41,267 nt of DNA from Nemertoderma westbladi. Taxonomy: Eukaryota; Animalia; Xenacoelomorpha. The translations under genes and the position numbers were made by a program. Under the pieces are notes generated by a model. That model did no database searches. It was given only the letters and a program-made list of their open reading frames with translations, and was not told the origin of the DNA. Positions within the stretch are counted from its first letter, which is position 1, and each line of letters begins with the position of its first letter. Positions 1 through 10,900 of this stretch are shown here, in pieces. The stretch spans positions 1 to 41,267 of the forward strand of contig JAUCBJ010007210.1 of the NCBI GenBank assembly GCA_032718475.1, in the 5' to 3' direction.

Positions 1-857
1 CATTCAGTCTTGAGCCAAAGAAAGAACGGCTTGGAAGTATTTTGTGCTGTACTGCTTTTTAGTCGTACACTAGTAGGTTTAATTATAAAGGGCATATATC
101 CTTTAACTTGAATATCTCACTGTAAATATCTCACTGCTGACATACCGGTACTGATGTACCGATCTACCTAACTGTTCAGTTGTTGTTTTATACTGCTATT
201 TACCGTCAGTTCTTCATAATATGGTTGATGAATTATTATATTTGGAATAACGATAAACAACCCCGAAACCCAATATTCTTGATATACCGAAGGTAAGAGA
301 GAAGGGTTACAGATAAACGATTGTGACTTATGTTAAAGTGGTTTGAAGTGAATCTAATGTTATTTGATAGACCCTACATGAGTCAGTCTGTGTTCCTTTT
401 ATATGTGACTAAAATCAGTGAAGATTGGCAGATTAGTGTGCAGTATTGTGCAGCATTGTGTATGAGTGAGTCTGTTAAAGAAGCAATTCCTAAAGAATGC
501 GCCATATATGTGAATTATAATTAAGCCATATCGTTGTGAGTAGTTTAAGTCATAACTCTGTTTATATAGATAAAGCGCCACGTCCTAAAGGAACTGTTAA
601 TATTACCGAAGGTGAATAATATTGTCAGAGATTATATAATACTGTCAGTCGAATAATACATTAGGCTTACATAGCAATAAAAATTAAACCGTCGAACCCA
701 ATCTCCCGGGAATATCCAGCGGGTGAATGGTCGCGCACGGATTGGTTTCGACTAGTGTAGTGGATCAAATACTTGTCATAGACTAAAAGCAGATTTAATA
801 TCTAGAAGACATCTTAATTTGGTGGGTTAAACTGCCAAAGGTCTGAAAGCGCGAACA
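1..857 (+). repeat. Partial LTR (3' or solo LTR) of a BEL/Pao family related to element C
   Basis: Alignable but diverged copy of about 34022-34853 (shared blocks such as gtggtttgaagtgaatctaatg, cagattagtgtgcagtattgtgcagcattgtgtatga, gcgccacgtcctaaaggaactgttaatatt). Ends in ...gcgaACA at 857, where the similarity stops and LINE RT sequence begins. Confidence 0.88.
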
Positions 858-3763
858 AAACGTCATAACCCTTAAAATTTTATTTATTTTAATTCTAACA
901 GGTTTAATTATAGAAGAATAAGTACTTCCCCATACAATTAACCCATATTGCACATAGGGGTAAATTAGTGAAAAAAACAGCGTACGTAAAATATGTAACG
1001 GGAAAATATGACGTAAGCGATAAAAAAGTCCAGCAGATTTTGAGATTTTTTTAAGAATATATTTGATATGATATCTGAAATTTAGATTATTATCAATTAG
1101 GATACCTAAGTATTTTGCAGTCCCCGTTTTTTTAAGAATTTTATCTTTGATTTTAATTGGTGGTAAAATGCATTGTCTTGATTTAGAGTTACTGTAGATG
1201 GTATACTCTGATTTGTTATCTATTAACCAGTCGGATATTGCATTCAAATTTAAATTCGTTGAGTCAATCAGGTCTAGAAGTTTGTGAGAATGTGTCATTA
1301 ATGAGGTGTCGTCTGCAAACAATGTAGTTAAAAAGTTACTGCAATTAGGTAGGTCATTAATATATAACAAAAATAAAAGTGGACCCAGAATACTGCCCTG
1401 AGGAATTCCACATAATATCGATTTATATGATGACGTGGTGCTACTACCTATAGAAACACATTGTGAACGGTTAGCTAAGTAACTTGAAAACATAGCATGC
1501 GGGAGGCCTCTAATACCATAACAATGTAATTTTTTTAATAAAATTGTATGGTCGATGGTATCAAAGGCCTTCCGCAAGTCTATATAAACAACACAGGCTG
1601 AGTCAGTTGAATCAAGAACCGTGCGCAGCTTTTCAACTACAGTATTTGCAAAATTGCTTCAGAAGTTGTAGATTTTTTCCTGAAGCCAAATTGATTAGGG
1701 CTGAGTATCTTATTAAACTCTAGGTAAGATGTAAGTTGTGAACAAATTATAGTATCATAGATTTTACTAAACATAGGTAAAAGTGATATCGGGCGATAAT
1801 TTGATGTGTCTGTAGGAGACCCACCCTTGTAAGCGGGTATCACCTTTGCTTGTTTTAAACTGTCAGGAAATATACCGGAACGAATACTGGAGTTTATAAG
1901 GTCTGACAAGTGTAGACTTAAAGTAAGCGCGGCTAATTTAACTAATTTTACCGGAAAAGAGTCATTAGTAGCAGAGTCGTCACTGAGGTGTAACAAAAGA
2001 TACTGAACCTCAACCGGTGTTGTTTCTATTAGCGAAAAAGAATTAAATTTTTTATGATTAATGTGTCTTGTTGGACAGCGTGGCGATGAAGGAATAATAC
2101 TTGAAAGCTCTGGTCCGATAGAAGTAAAGAAATTATTAAATTCATTAGCTATATCTTGGGAATCACTAATTGTAATATCATTATTTAGATTATTTTTAAT
2201 TATGAGTTTGTTCGGTATTTTATTTTTTGTAGATTTATGAAGGGCTGTGTTAATAGTTCTCCAAGTTTTCTTCATGTTAGATTTATTTTTTTCAAATTGA
2301 TTACTATAATATGTTTTCTCGGTTTGACGTATAATTGTCGTAAGACTGTTGCGATACACTTTATACTTAGAATGATTTTTTTCTGTAGGGTTAGAAACGT
2401 ATTTACCATATAATTTATTTTTTTTATTAATTGATTTAATTAAGGATGGAGTTAACCAGGGCTTACGCGGTATATTTTTTTTAGAAATTATTTTAGTTGG
2501 AAGATGGTTTTTACATATATTCTCAAAATCCGTATAAAATAGGTCAAATTTATTATTATTTGATATTCCGCTATTTTTGTTATAGGACCAATTGTTTATA
2601 TTTTGCAAGCTCTCGAGAAATAGGGTGGATTTAAATTTTGAGTAATCAAATGTTTGTTTTGATGCTACTGGTTTGAAATAAGATGAATATTTTGTCAAAA
2701 CAATAAAAGATGGTAAATGATCAGTAGTGCCTATTTCTGTAAGAAGAACGCCTGAAGAACATACAGCTGAAGTTGTATTTGTACTAAAATGATCTATTAA
2801 AGTTTTGGAAAATTTTGTAATTCTGGTAGCCTGTTTAATTAATTGATTGAAACCGTTAGAGTGAAGTATGTTAAGATAATTTTCAGAAATCAATTTATTT
2901 GTTAGAAGATCAATATTGAAATCCCCACACAGCACCACATCATAATTTTGAGCTGCCAATGAAGATAACATCCCATCTAAATCGCTTAAAAAAGTTTCAA
3001 CATTAATCGTGTCAGGTCGATAAATACACCCAACAATTAATGGTTTAAGTGGGTGCGGCCTAGTTATCTCTATCCACGTATTTTCTGGCCCATTTATCGT
3101 CAAATCGGTTCGCTCGATTCTTTCCAATTCCTCCCGGACATATACTGCGGTTCCCCCCCTTTTAAGTTCAACATATTCCCGAAATCCGCAGACTGGCTTT
3201 TGATAACCAGTTATATTAATGTTTTCAATAAGAGAATCCTTTGTTAAAAATGTTTCGGTGAAACATAAAAGGTCAATTTTAGTTTCCAAAGCGTTGAGAT
3301 AATCAGTCATTGCTGAAAAATTAGACATGAGACTACGAATATTCAGGTGAAAAATGGAAATGGAGTCGTTGCTGCGTTCCAAAAACTCCTTATCAAATCT
3401 ATTCTCAGAGTAATAGTCCTTTGATGTTTCACAATTTAGTAAATTTAAATCTGTATCAATGTCCCTGAAAAATTTATCAAGAAGGTCTAGGGTGGGGATG
3501 TTATCTGCATCAATATTTGCAAATATATCTTCATCATCATCACAAACCATATGAAAGGGAAAAATAGTTGGATAACAAAATACACACCAGTTTACATCGC
3601 TTTGCTGGCTTCTTAGGTCATTTTCTGTTAAATAGCTGCCACATTGAAGGTGAAATGACTGGCAACAAAAATTACATTGAAAAAGTTTCTTATTTAGTTT
3701 AATCTGGCTATAACAAAAACCGCAACATATAGGGGGGGTGGGGTGAAAGGTAGCTGAGGACAT
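858..3763 (-). pseudogene. LINE ORF2: N-terminal PHD-like finger + APE endonuclease + reverse transcriptase, with one frameshift near 1640
   Basis: Cys/His pattern CGFC...CNFC..FHLQC...WCVFC. APE motifs HLNIRSL, FTETFL, GGTAVYV, CIYRP, CGDFNIDL, LIDHF, TDHLP. RT motifs NYRPISLLP, QFGFRK, KAFDTIDH, GIPQGSILGPLLFLLYINDL, LFADDT, KYLGI. Confidence 0.92.
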
Positions 3764-4076
3764 ATACTAATACTCAAGAAAAAGGGGCAGGGGTGTTTGA
3801 GACAGCTGGTTGTTACGACTAACAATAGGAACAATTAGTAGTGGTACTATTATTCCTATATGGGGAGAGGATGGCCTGTTGAATCCTGCTCAATTCCATA
3901 ACCTATTTGAATAACAACAAAAATATTTAAAAATGGCACTAACGTATACTAATACACTTAGAGTAAAGCTTAGGTAATCTAATGTATATAATGGCGTAAA
4001 GTAACTGCAAATCCTAAAGTATTCGAATTTCCTATTGCCGCGGGTTAGATAGTTGAGAAACACAATCCATCACAAA

Positions 4077-5138
4077 TCAAACCTCTACTAGTTCACTCGC
4101 AGAATCATCGACCTCTTTGTCATCTTCACGCTCATTAGAAACATCAGAAAGGTCATCCCTGTCAAGGGCTGCAAAACTGTTAACGGACCTGTTAAGTAGA
4201 GGAGTAGAGATTCTCGAAGCGGATCTTGATCTCGTCGTCACTCCTTTGCCATCAGTAGTGTAGGCACCATTCGGTTTATTATTCCTAACTCCTGTTAGGC
4301 CGTCACGATTCTGCAACTGGGCCTGGCCCGGTCCACGTTCTCTCGCACCATTGCGCGTATATTTCTTACGACCGTGGCTTACTCGATTTCCTACAAGTAA
4401 GAAACCTTCCCCTTTCGTTAGCTGACATATATCGTCGTTATTGCGAATAATCACTGGATATTCGGCGTTCTCCAGACGGACTTTCACTACTCCATTCACC
4501 GTATAAACAGTTGTAATTCCCAAGTCCAGCTGTTTCTTCTTCAGTTCTACCATCTCACGCACTAATGCGGCCCGATTATTGGTCAGATGCTCTGAAATAA
4601 ATATATTCTTACCTGTTTCTTTACTTTTTGCGAAGGCCACATTACGATCACTGTGACACTTAAATCGAACAACAAATGGCCGTGGTTTAACAGTACCGGT
4701 ATAGCCACCTCCCTCACTTCTTAATTTCCCAAGGCGATGGAACACGTCAACCGATTGAGGATCTACCCCAAGATCCCCTAGGCATTGGAGTAAAACTCAT
4801 TTGTCGTTATCTACGTTGTTTTCAGTAATTCCGTGTACCAATATGTTATGCCGTTTCCCGTACTGCTCGAGGTCATCCTGTCGCTTTTTAACCTGGTCAA
4901 GTTCTGTCCTTAGATCTTCATTTTCTTTGCGTAGTTGATTATTTTCTTTATGGAGCTGGTCTAGTTGTTGTTGCATTTTTACCGTGTTGTTTTTTATGAC
5001 TTTAGTATCTGAGCTAAGTGCGTCCAGTTTGTTCACAATCGAGGTTAAAGTAACTTTATCGTCGTGGAGTTCGGTCCGTCCCTGGAGTTGGTGTCCTCCT
5101 TTATTACATTTTTCACTACCGGTACCTTTGGTCGGCAT
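4077..5138 (-). pseudogene. LINE ORF1 (coiled coil + RRM-like nucleic-acid-binding region), one in-frame TGA at 4797-4799
   Basis: ORFs 4797-5138 and 4077-4745 are in the same frame. Heptad region LDQLHKENNQLRKENEDLRTEL, then LEQYGKRHNILVHGITE, HRLGK, RPFVVRF, IFISEHLT, typical of invertebrate CR1/L1-type ORF1. Confidence 0.82.
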
Positions 5139-5357
5139 GTTGCGGCGTTGGTGAGATTGGTTAAAACGCAGTCACTCCACAGGCGAATTAGTATTACAAT
5201 GAAAATTAAATCGTGTTATGGTTAAAAATACAAAGTACAATTATTACGCCATTCAGTTTTTATAAGTTAGTCGGAATATAGCAGTAATCAGACTTATTCA
5301 GACATAGCACCCGCACTGCTGTACTGACCTACTCTTTCAACTCTTTCAACTTTCAAC

Positions 5358-5727
5358 AGGTCATTCAGTCATTGAGTTATTTTAAACATTCTCACATTCA
5401 TAAATTCTGTTAGTGAACCCCAGTATTTACGATTAGGCGATAAGTGAACACGCTGAGTGTAACCTCTCCCACACTCATTTTAAGTAGCTTAGGGAGCCAA
5501 TTCGGGTTTATTGTTTTGGTTATTCCCGCGTGGCTCATAGATTCGAACAGTTAGCTCTCTGTCGAGCGATCGGTAGAGAAAGGAACAAGCGATTTGTAGG
5601 AGCCATATAAAATTAGTAAAAAATATTAGTGGACAGCCAGGTTAGCGCCATCCAGCGGTTAGAAGCAATTTTGTGTTTAGCAGCAGTGTAGCAGTAATAA
5701 CGCGCTCCTGATCGCCCCTGTTTAACA
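5358..5727 (+). repeat. Element A 5' LTR, last 370 bp (the rest displaced by the LINE insertion)
   Basis: Colinear with 28627-28996, about 10 substitutions by manual count. Ends ...gtttaACA. Confidence 0.92.
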
Positions 5728-5737
5728 GTAAGACACG
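5728..5737 (+). promoter_or_regulatory. Element A non-tRNA primer-binding site candidate (gtaagacacg)
   Basis: Directly follows the LTR, no TGG. Reverse complement of LTR segment catgtcttac (28039-28048) at 9 of 10 positions, 8 contiguous. Confidence 0.55.
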
Positions 5738-6792
5738 TTTTTTGTGTCTTTAACAGTAAGATACAATTTTTGTTTTGCTGTACTATATACAGTAAGACAC
5801 GATTTTTGTTTTGCTGTACTATGTACAGTAAGACACGAAATTTTGTGTGTTCACTAAGGCTGTTAGGTTAGTGTACAGTATTATTTACTGTACTGCGTAC
5901 AGTAAGACACGAGAATTTTGCTGTTGCTTGCAACAGTTAAGAGCATTTGTTTACTAATCGCAAATACAGTAATTCATTGGGCCGTTAGGGTAAATTGTAA
6001 ATTAGTAAGTTTTGAAAATTTTAGCTAAGTTTGTGAGAATTCGGTTTTGGTCAAAATTGTTTTATAATAAAATCTAGAGTTTTGTACTGGTATGTTAGAT
6101 AATCACTTAGTTGTTTTATACCATCTGGAGATATATGGCGAGACGGAGCTTCTGAGTTTGGGGTTTGTGTGGGCCTGCGGGTTCGGTTTGCAATCAGCGA
6201 AGAGACTGAAACATTGGACGCGGACGTGGAATCTCACAGGAAACAAGGTTGGTTGTTCTGTTGGTACCATTGTATTTGTGGAAGCAGTAAAAAATTACCG
6301 GTTGTTTAACTGCGAAACTGAACTCAATTTATTAGTTAGGATAGTTAGGTTTAGCCAGCCATGGTGTTTTGAATCGCTCAGTTGGAGAGAGAGAGAGTGT
6401 GGAGAGAGAAGGTGTAGCCACGCTCTAGTGGATATATATAATATTTAAAAATAAAATTACGTCGATTTTGAGCTATATATATAAAATTAGAAATATTTGG
6501 GTGACTAATTCATTTTTTTTGAATTTTTTGAATTGGATTCAGAAACTATTTTCGTGTCATACCGGTATTTAAATGCTATATAATAGCTATAGAGCAATAT
6601 TTTCGTTTAAATATTATACCGGTATTTACTATAACTATATACCATTAAATTCACAATATTATATTGCGAATTTATTTTGACATTTGACACCAAATAATTT
6701 ATTTGGTACATAATTTAATCGTATTTCGATTGAATTAATATATCTCGAATTTTGCAAGATCTTAGCCGGAAGGCAAATTATATACTTAGACT

Positions 6793-7318
6793 ATGAGTGT
6801 CTCAGAGAAGGAGGCACTAGAGGACAGTTATGAGATGGCAGCCGGACCGCCGACTGATAACATTATAGACATAACTGTTGATGACAATGCCCATTATGAC
6901 GACGCAGCGAGTGACGCTGACGTAAGTGAACAGGAGGAAGAGCAAGGTGAGATAATAGTATTAGGATCCCCTACCGCTACTATAAGGAAGGATTGCACAG
7001 CAGCCCAGCCAGAGGTGAGTGATAGGGAAGGAAGTGTAGCAGGAGCGAGAGCCTCCAGTCTCGAACTCGAGAGTTTCCAGACCTGTGGGTATGGTAAGTG
7101 CCGTGACCCCAGTGGCTATAAGGAGTACCCGTAGTTCCCGAAATAATCCCTCAAGTCCACCGAGTGTGAGTCAGGTAAGCGAGAGAGAGGTAGATATCGA
7201 GATAAAGAAGAAACTTTGCGCGCATGCCGGACATATAACCAGGACGACGGACAAGGTAAGGAAGATGCTAGCTGACTCTGGTAACATCGGAAGGGAAGGG
7301 TTAGTAGAACTTAGAAAG
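6793..7318 (+). pseudogene. Element A gag, N-terminal part (frameshifted, interrupted by element B)
   Basis: Removing B plus one GAAAG copy joins ...LVELRK to GYNSALFMQTEALAV..., in frame with ORF 14680-14931. Confidence 0.8.
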
Positions 7319-7878
7319 TGTTAGCTTATCCAATTCCGCTAACACCCCACAAAGTTATAAGCCGATAAGCAATATTGGGAGCCACGAGATTGGGCAATTA
7401 ACCAACTCGTGCCATCCCAATAAGAGTGGGAAGGAAGCACACAATAGGGGTCAGGGGCCAAACCCCTAACCAAGAGAGAACAGCAAGGGCGAAGGGAAGC
7501 ACTTCAGAGGGGGGCAAAGGGTGCCAACAGGGGTATTAGCCAATGGGGGGACAGCATCGACTAAGTACTGTAACGGCCAAACCCGTGCAATATATATTAC
7601 CTGTACGGTAATCATTATAGTCAGTTTACTCAGTCAGCTATCCCAGTACAGTAAGGCAGTACGGTGACTGTTAAGACCGTCGTCGCCACCGTCACCATAT
7701 TACCGGTATATTAGCTTTATCTACTGTGCTATCTGTATCACTCATCATTTATTATCTCAACGTTATCAGAGTTCGACAACGACACTAGAACAATTATTAC
7801 CTTTTCCATTCACACGGCGGGGCGGGGACGCGTACGAAACACACCGGATAAACCGGGATCCTCTCGGATCCCGTCACA
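7319..7878 (+). repeat. Element B 5' LTR
   Basis: tgttagc...cgtcaca, repeated at 14094-14653. Confidence 0.96.
7591..7626 (+). promoter_or_regulatory. Candidate LTR core promoter: TATA-like (7591) and Inr-like TCAGTT (7621)
   Basis: tatatatt followed 30 nt later by tcagtt, the canonical TATA-Inr spacing. Sequence inference only. Confidence 0.45.
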
Positions 7879-7887
7879 GTCTTAACA
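7879..7887 (+). promoter_or_regulatory. Element B non-tRNA primer-binding site candidate (gtcttaaca)
   Basis: Directly follows the LTR. Perfect reverse complement of LTR segment tgttaagac (7669-7677). Confidence 0.6.
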
Positions 7888-7973
7888 TCTGAGAATTGCC
7901 TGAACTGTAACTGCCCGTCACAGTCTTAACACTAGGCCTGCCGAGCTGTGACTGACGGCTACCAAAGACGAAG

Positions 7974-10900
7974 ATGAGTCGAGAGAGAGGAACGACACCG
8001 CCGCGGACCCCGGACGACGATCTAACGATCCGCGAGGCCACGGCGAGACGATACGGACCCACGACGCCGGTCGATGCTACGTCGACCACGTCGATAACGA
8101 GCAACCCGGCGAACCAAGATGTGGGGGGTCGTCTACAGCGAGAGAGCGAGTCGAGTAGAGGAGAGAGCGAGACGGGGGAGGAGAGAGACGACGAGTCGAC
8201 ACAGGGCGGCGGTCGATATGCCGATGTCGCCGGTCAGCCACAGACCGAGGGCGACGGACGGCCCACCGGAACGGCAACGGTGGAGCCGACGGTACGACGC
8301 CGAACCCGGAGGGAGAGAGGAGAGGTCGGCGACGAGGATGTCGGGGTTTCTGATCGACTTCGACGAGCCTACGCCGCGACCCGGGAACAACTGAAGGAAG
8401 CTAGAGGAGGGGCTGAGATAGACCAGGTGAAGTTGAGGAGACGACTAGGTGAGTCGAACAGATACTTTGATTACCTAGTGCGTTCTGGGCAGGGAGAACT
8501 GGCCGAGGAGAGAGCGAGAGGGGTTGCCTTCGAACTGTTTGGGCTATGGGAACGTAGGGGTATGGGGCCTGGTGTAGTGTACATAGGGCCATACTTAGTC
8601 GATGCCAGGGAAGTTAAGTTAGTGGGTTGGGCGGGACCGCACGAGGGCGAATCCGAGGTTAGCTCCGAGGATTCGGCCTCGTCGGTCAGCGAGGACCCCG
8701 GAAAGCGGGGGAAAGTTGGTAGGACGGAGGGGCGGCGGAAGTCCGTCGCAACCGATAAGTCTGCTACATCCTCCGCAAAAGAAAGAAGGGTGCAGGAGAT
8801 AAATCTGGCAGCGTATGAATTAAGAACTAGAGAGAAATTAGAGTGGATAATGGGGAGAAGGAAAGAGCAAGAGAGTGAACGCGAAGAGCGTGAGGCGAGA
8901 GAACAGAGCGTGCGGTACACGTACAGTAGCCGTATGGGCGAGGGGGGTAGTAGCAGTGCGTTAGGAAATATTGGTATTAATAGTACCGTAGTAAATAACC
9001 CTAATCCCTTTATTGCAGGAAATATTTTACCCGGTAGTAGTAATTTAAGTTTAAATTCAAATAATAATATTAATTCAAATATTCAGAATAATCAAAATAA
9101 TTCGAATAGCAATTTAAATTTTGAAAATAATAATAATTCTAACTTAAATAATTTAAATAATAATCCCGTTTCAAATTCTAATAATTTAATTGATTTAACA
9201 AATAATATTGGGAATGGTGCTATTAATGTGAACTTGCCAGACGTGTATAGCCCGGCAGACGGCGGCCTGGTAGGCCACGTAGTTAGTAGACAGGAAGTGG
9301 CGGGGTTGCGCCAACCCGACGGCGGCCTGGTAGGCCACGTAGTTGGTAGGCAGGAGGTAGCGGGGTTGAGCAAACCCGGGGTGGGCCTGGTGGGCCACGC
9401 AGTAGTAAGGAGAGAGGCGGGGGTGAATAGACCCAGCCGTAGTAGAGACAGTGTGTCGACTAGAGAGGGGTGTAGAGACGAAGTAAGATATATTGAAGTT
9501 AGAAGTGGCGGGTGGGGGGGGGCTACGGGCGCCCCACCACATGAGATTAGCGGCGAGAGAGGGGGGGCAGAGAATGCCCCACAAAGGGGGTGTAGAAGTG
9601 TAGTAAGAGGTAGTGAAGTTAGAAGTGGCGGGTGGGGGGGGGCTACGGGCACCCCACCGCGAGGGATTAGTAGCGAGAGAGGGGGGGCAGGGAGTGTCCC
9701 ACAGGCGTCGGCGGATAATGCGCGGGCCGAATTAGGTAAACCGCAACACCCGGCGATGGAGAGTAATAGGGGGATTGCGAGTATCCCCAGCGGCGTGCGA
9801 TCGAGCAGAGAGAGACAGGTTGACGTCGCGAGAGGGCGGGCGACGGAACGTCGAGCCCAGTTAGAAGAGAGAAGATTAGTAGAGTTTAATAGAGAGGTCG
9901 AAGATAGGAGAAGATTAGTAGATTATAATAGAGAGGTCGAAGATAGAAGAAGATTAGCAGAGTTTAACCGAGAGGTCGAAGAGAGAAGAAAGGAAGATAA
10001 TAGAAGAGTCGTTGCTAGGAGCAACCGGAGAGCGAGGACGGATAGCGAGCCGTCGATAGTAGAGCGGGAATTAGGGAGTCAGTGGAGTCGGACTTCGGGA
10101 GATTGCCGTCGCCCCGGAGAAACGCACCACACGCTAGGAGAGGGGTACAGGACGTACCGATACGAAGACGAGAGCAGGATAGGGGATCGAAGGGAAACTT
10201 CCCGACGTGATATAGCTGCCGATCGAGAGTACGGTAGTCGCGGGGAGATTCGAGATTCGCGAAGAATAAACTTCGATTCGGAAGGGCACATGCAGACTGC
10301 TGGACATACTGTAGGCCTTACTGCACATACTATTATAGGCCATGCTGGGAGAGATAGAGTAGGCGATAGGGTAGCGCGGACGACGGGATTAAATCCGGAA
10401 GTCGCGGAGTACATACCGGTAGGTGGGCGAGAGGTAGGTAGGCCTATATCGGTACAGCAGCATGACTATAATACACAGGGACATAACATATATCCAGGGG
10501 AGGGGAGAGTTATTGTAGATAGATGTATGGGCCCCAATATATTAACATCAACCCCAGTACCAAACATACCGGTGGGAGGGGGACAGGGTGACATTCCCCC
10601 ATCACGATATCAACAATATACCCCAATAGGAGCGAGAACATCGAACCCCTTGGACGAGAACAGATCGTGCGACACGGAAATATGGAGGGGGCCGTTACCC
10701 CCAATGATATACCCGACGCAACAAGCGAAGTCAACAGCAGATAGGACGAACGGACCGTACCCAGTAAGAGAAACTATACAACATCCATCGAACCCATTGG
10801 AAGCGCAGGCGATGGGAATGGCCACATTGATCGATGCGTTAAAAACTAGGATCGAGTTACCACCTGTGGAACCATTTAAATTCGATGGGAGTAGGCCGGA

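Larger units (their letters stand above)
858..5357 (-). mobile_element. CR1-like non-LTR retrotransposon (ORF1+ORF2), near full length at the 5' end, 3' end interrupted by an LTR
   Basis: ORF1 and ORF2 motifs listed below. Right boundary is where identity to element A's 3' LTR begins (5358 = 28627). Confidence 0.9.

Noticed and set aside
795-857. C-terminal residues of the RT ORF (SRFQTFGSLTHQIKMSSRY)
   Set aside because: Read-through into the antisense strand of the inserted LTR, not LINE sequence.
5788-5905. TACAGTA copies as transposon excision footprints
   Set aside because: Here they are part of the reiterated ACA-gtaagacac junction repeat.
330-6448. Short ORFs in LTR or leader DNA (330-524, 399-581, 6092-6448; likewise 27333-27578 and 33920-34138)
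   Set aside because: No domain motifs, and they lie in sequence explained as LTR or leader.
7879-7887. Alternative end for B's LTR at ...cttaaca, which would give a better TGTTA/TAACA inverted terminus
   Set aside because: The 3' LTR ends at cgtcaca and is followed directly by the TSD, so these 9 nt are internal.
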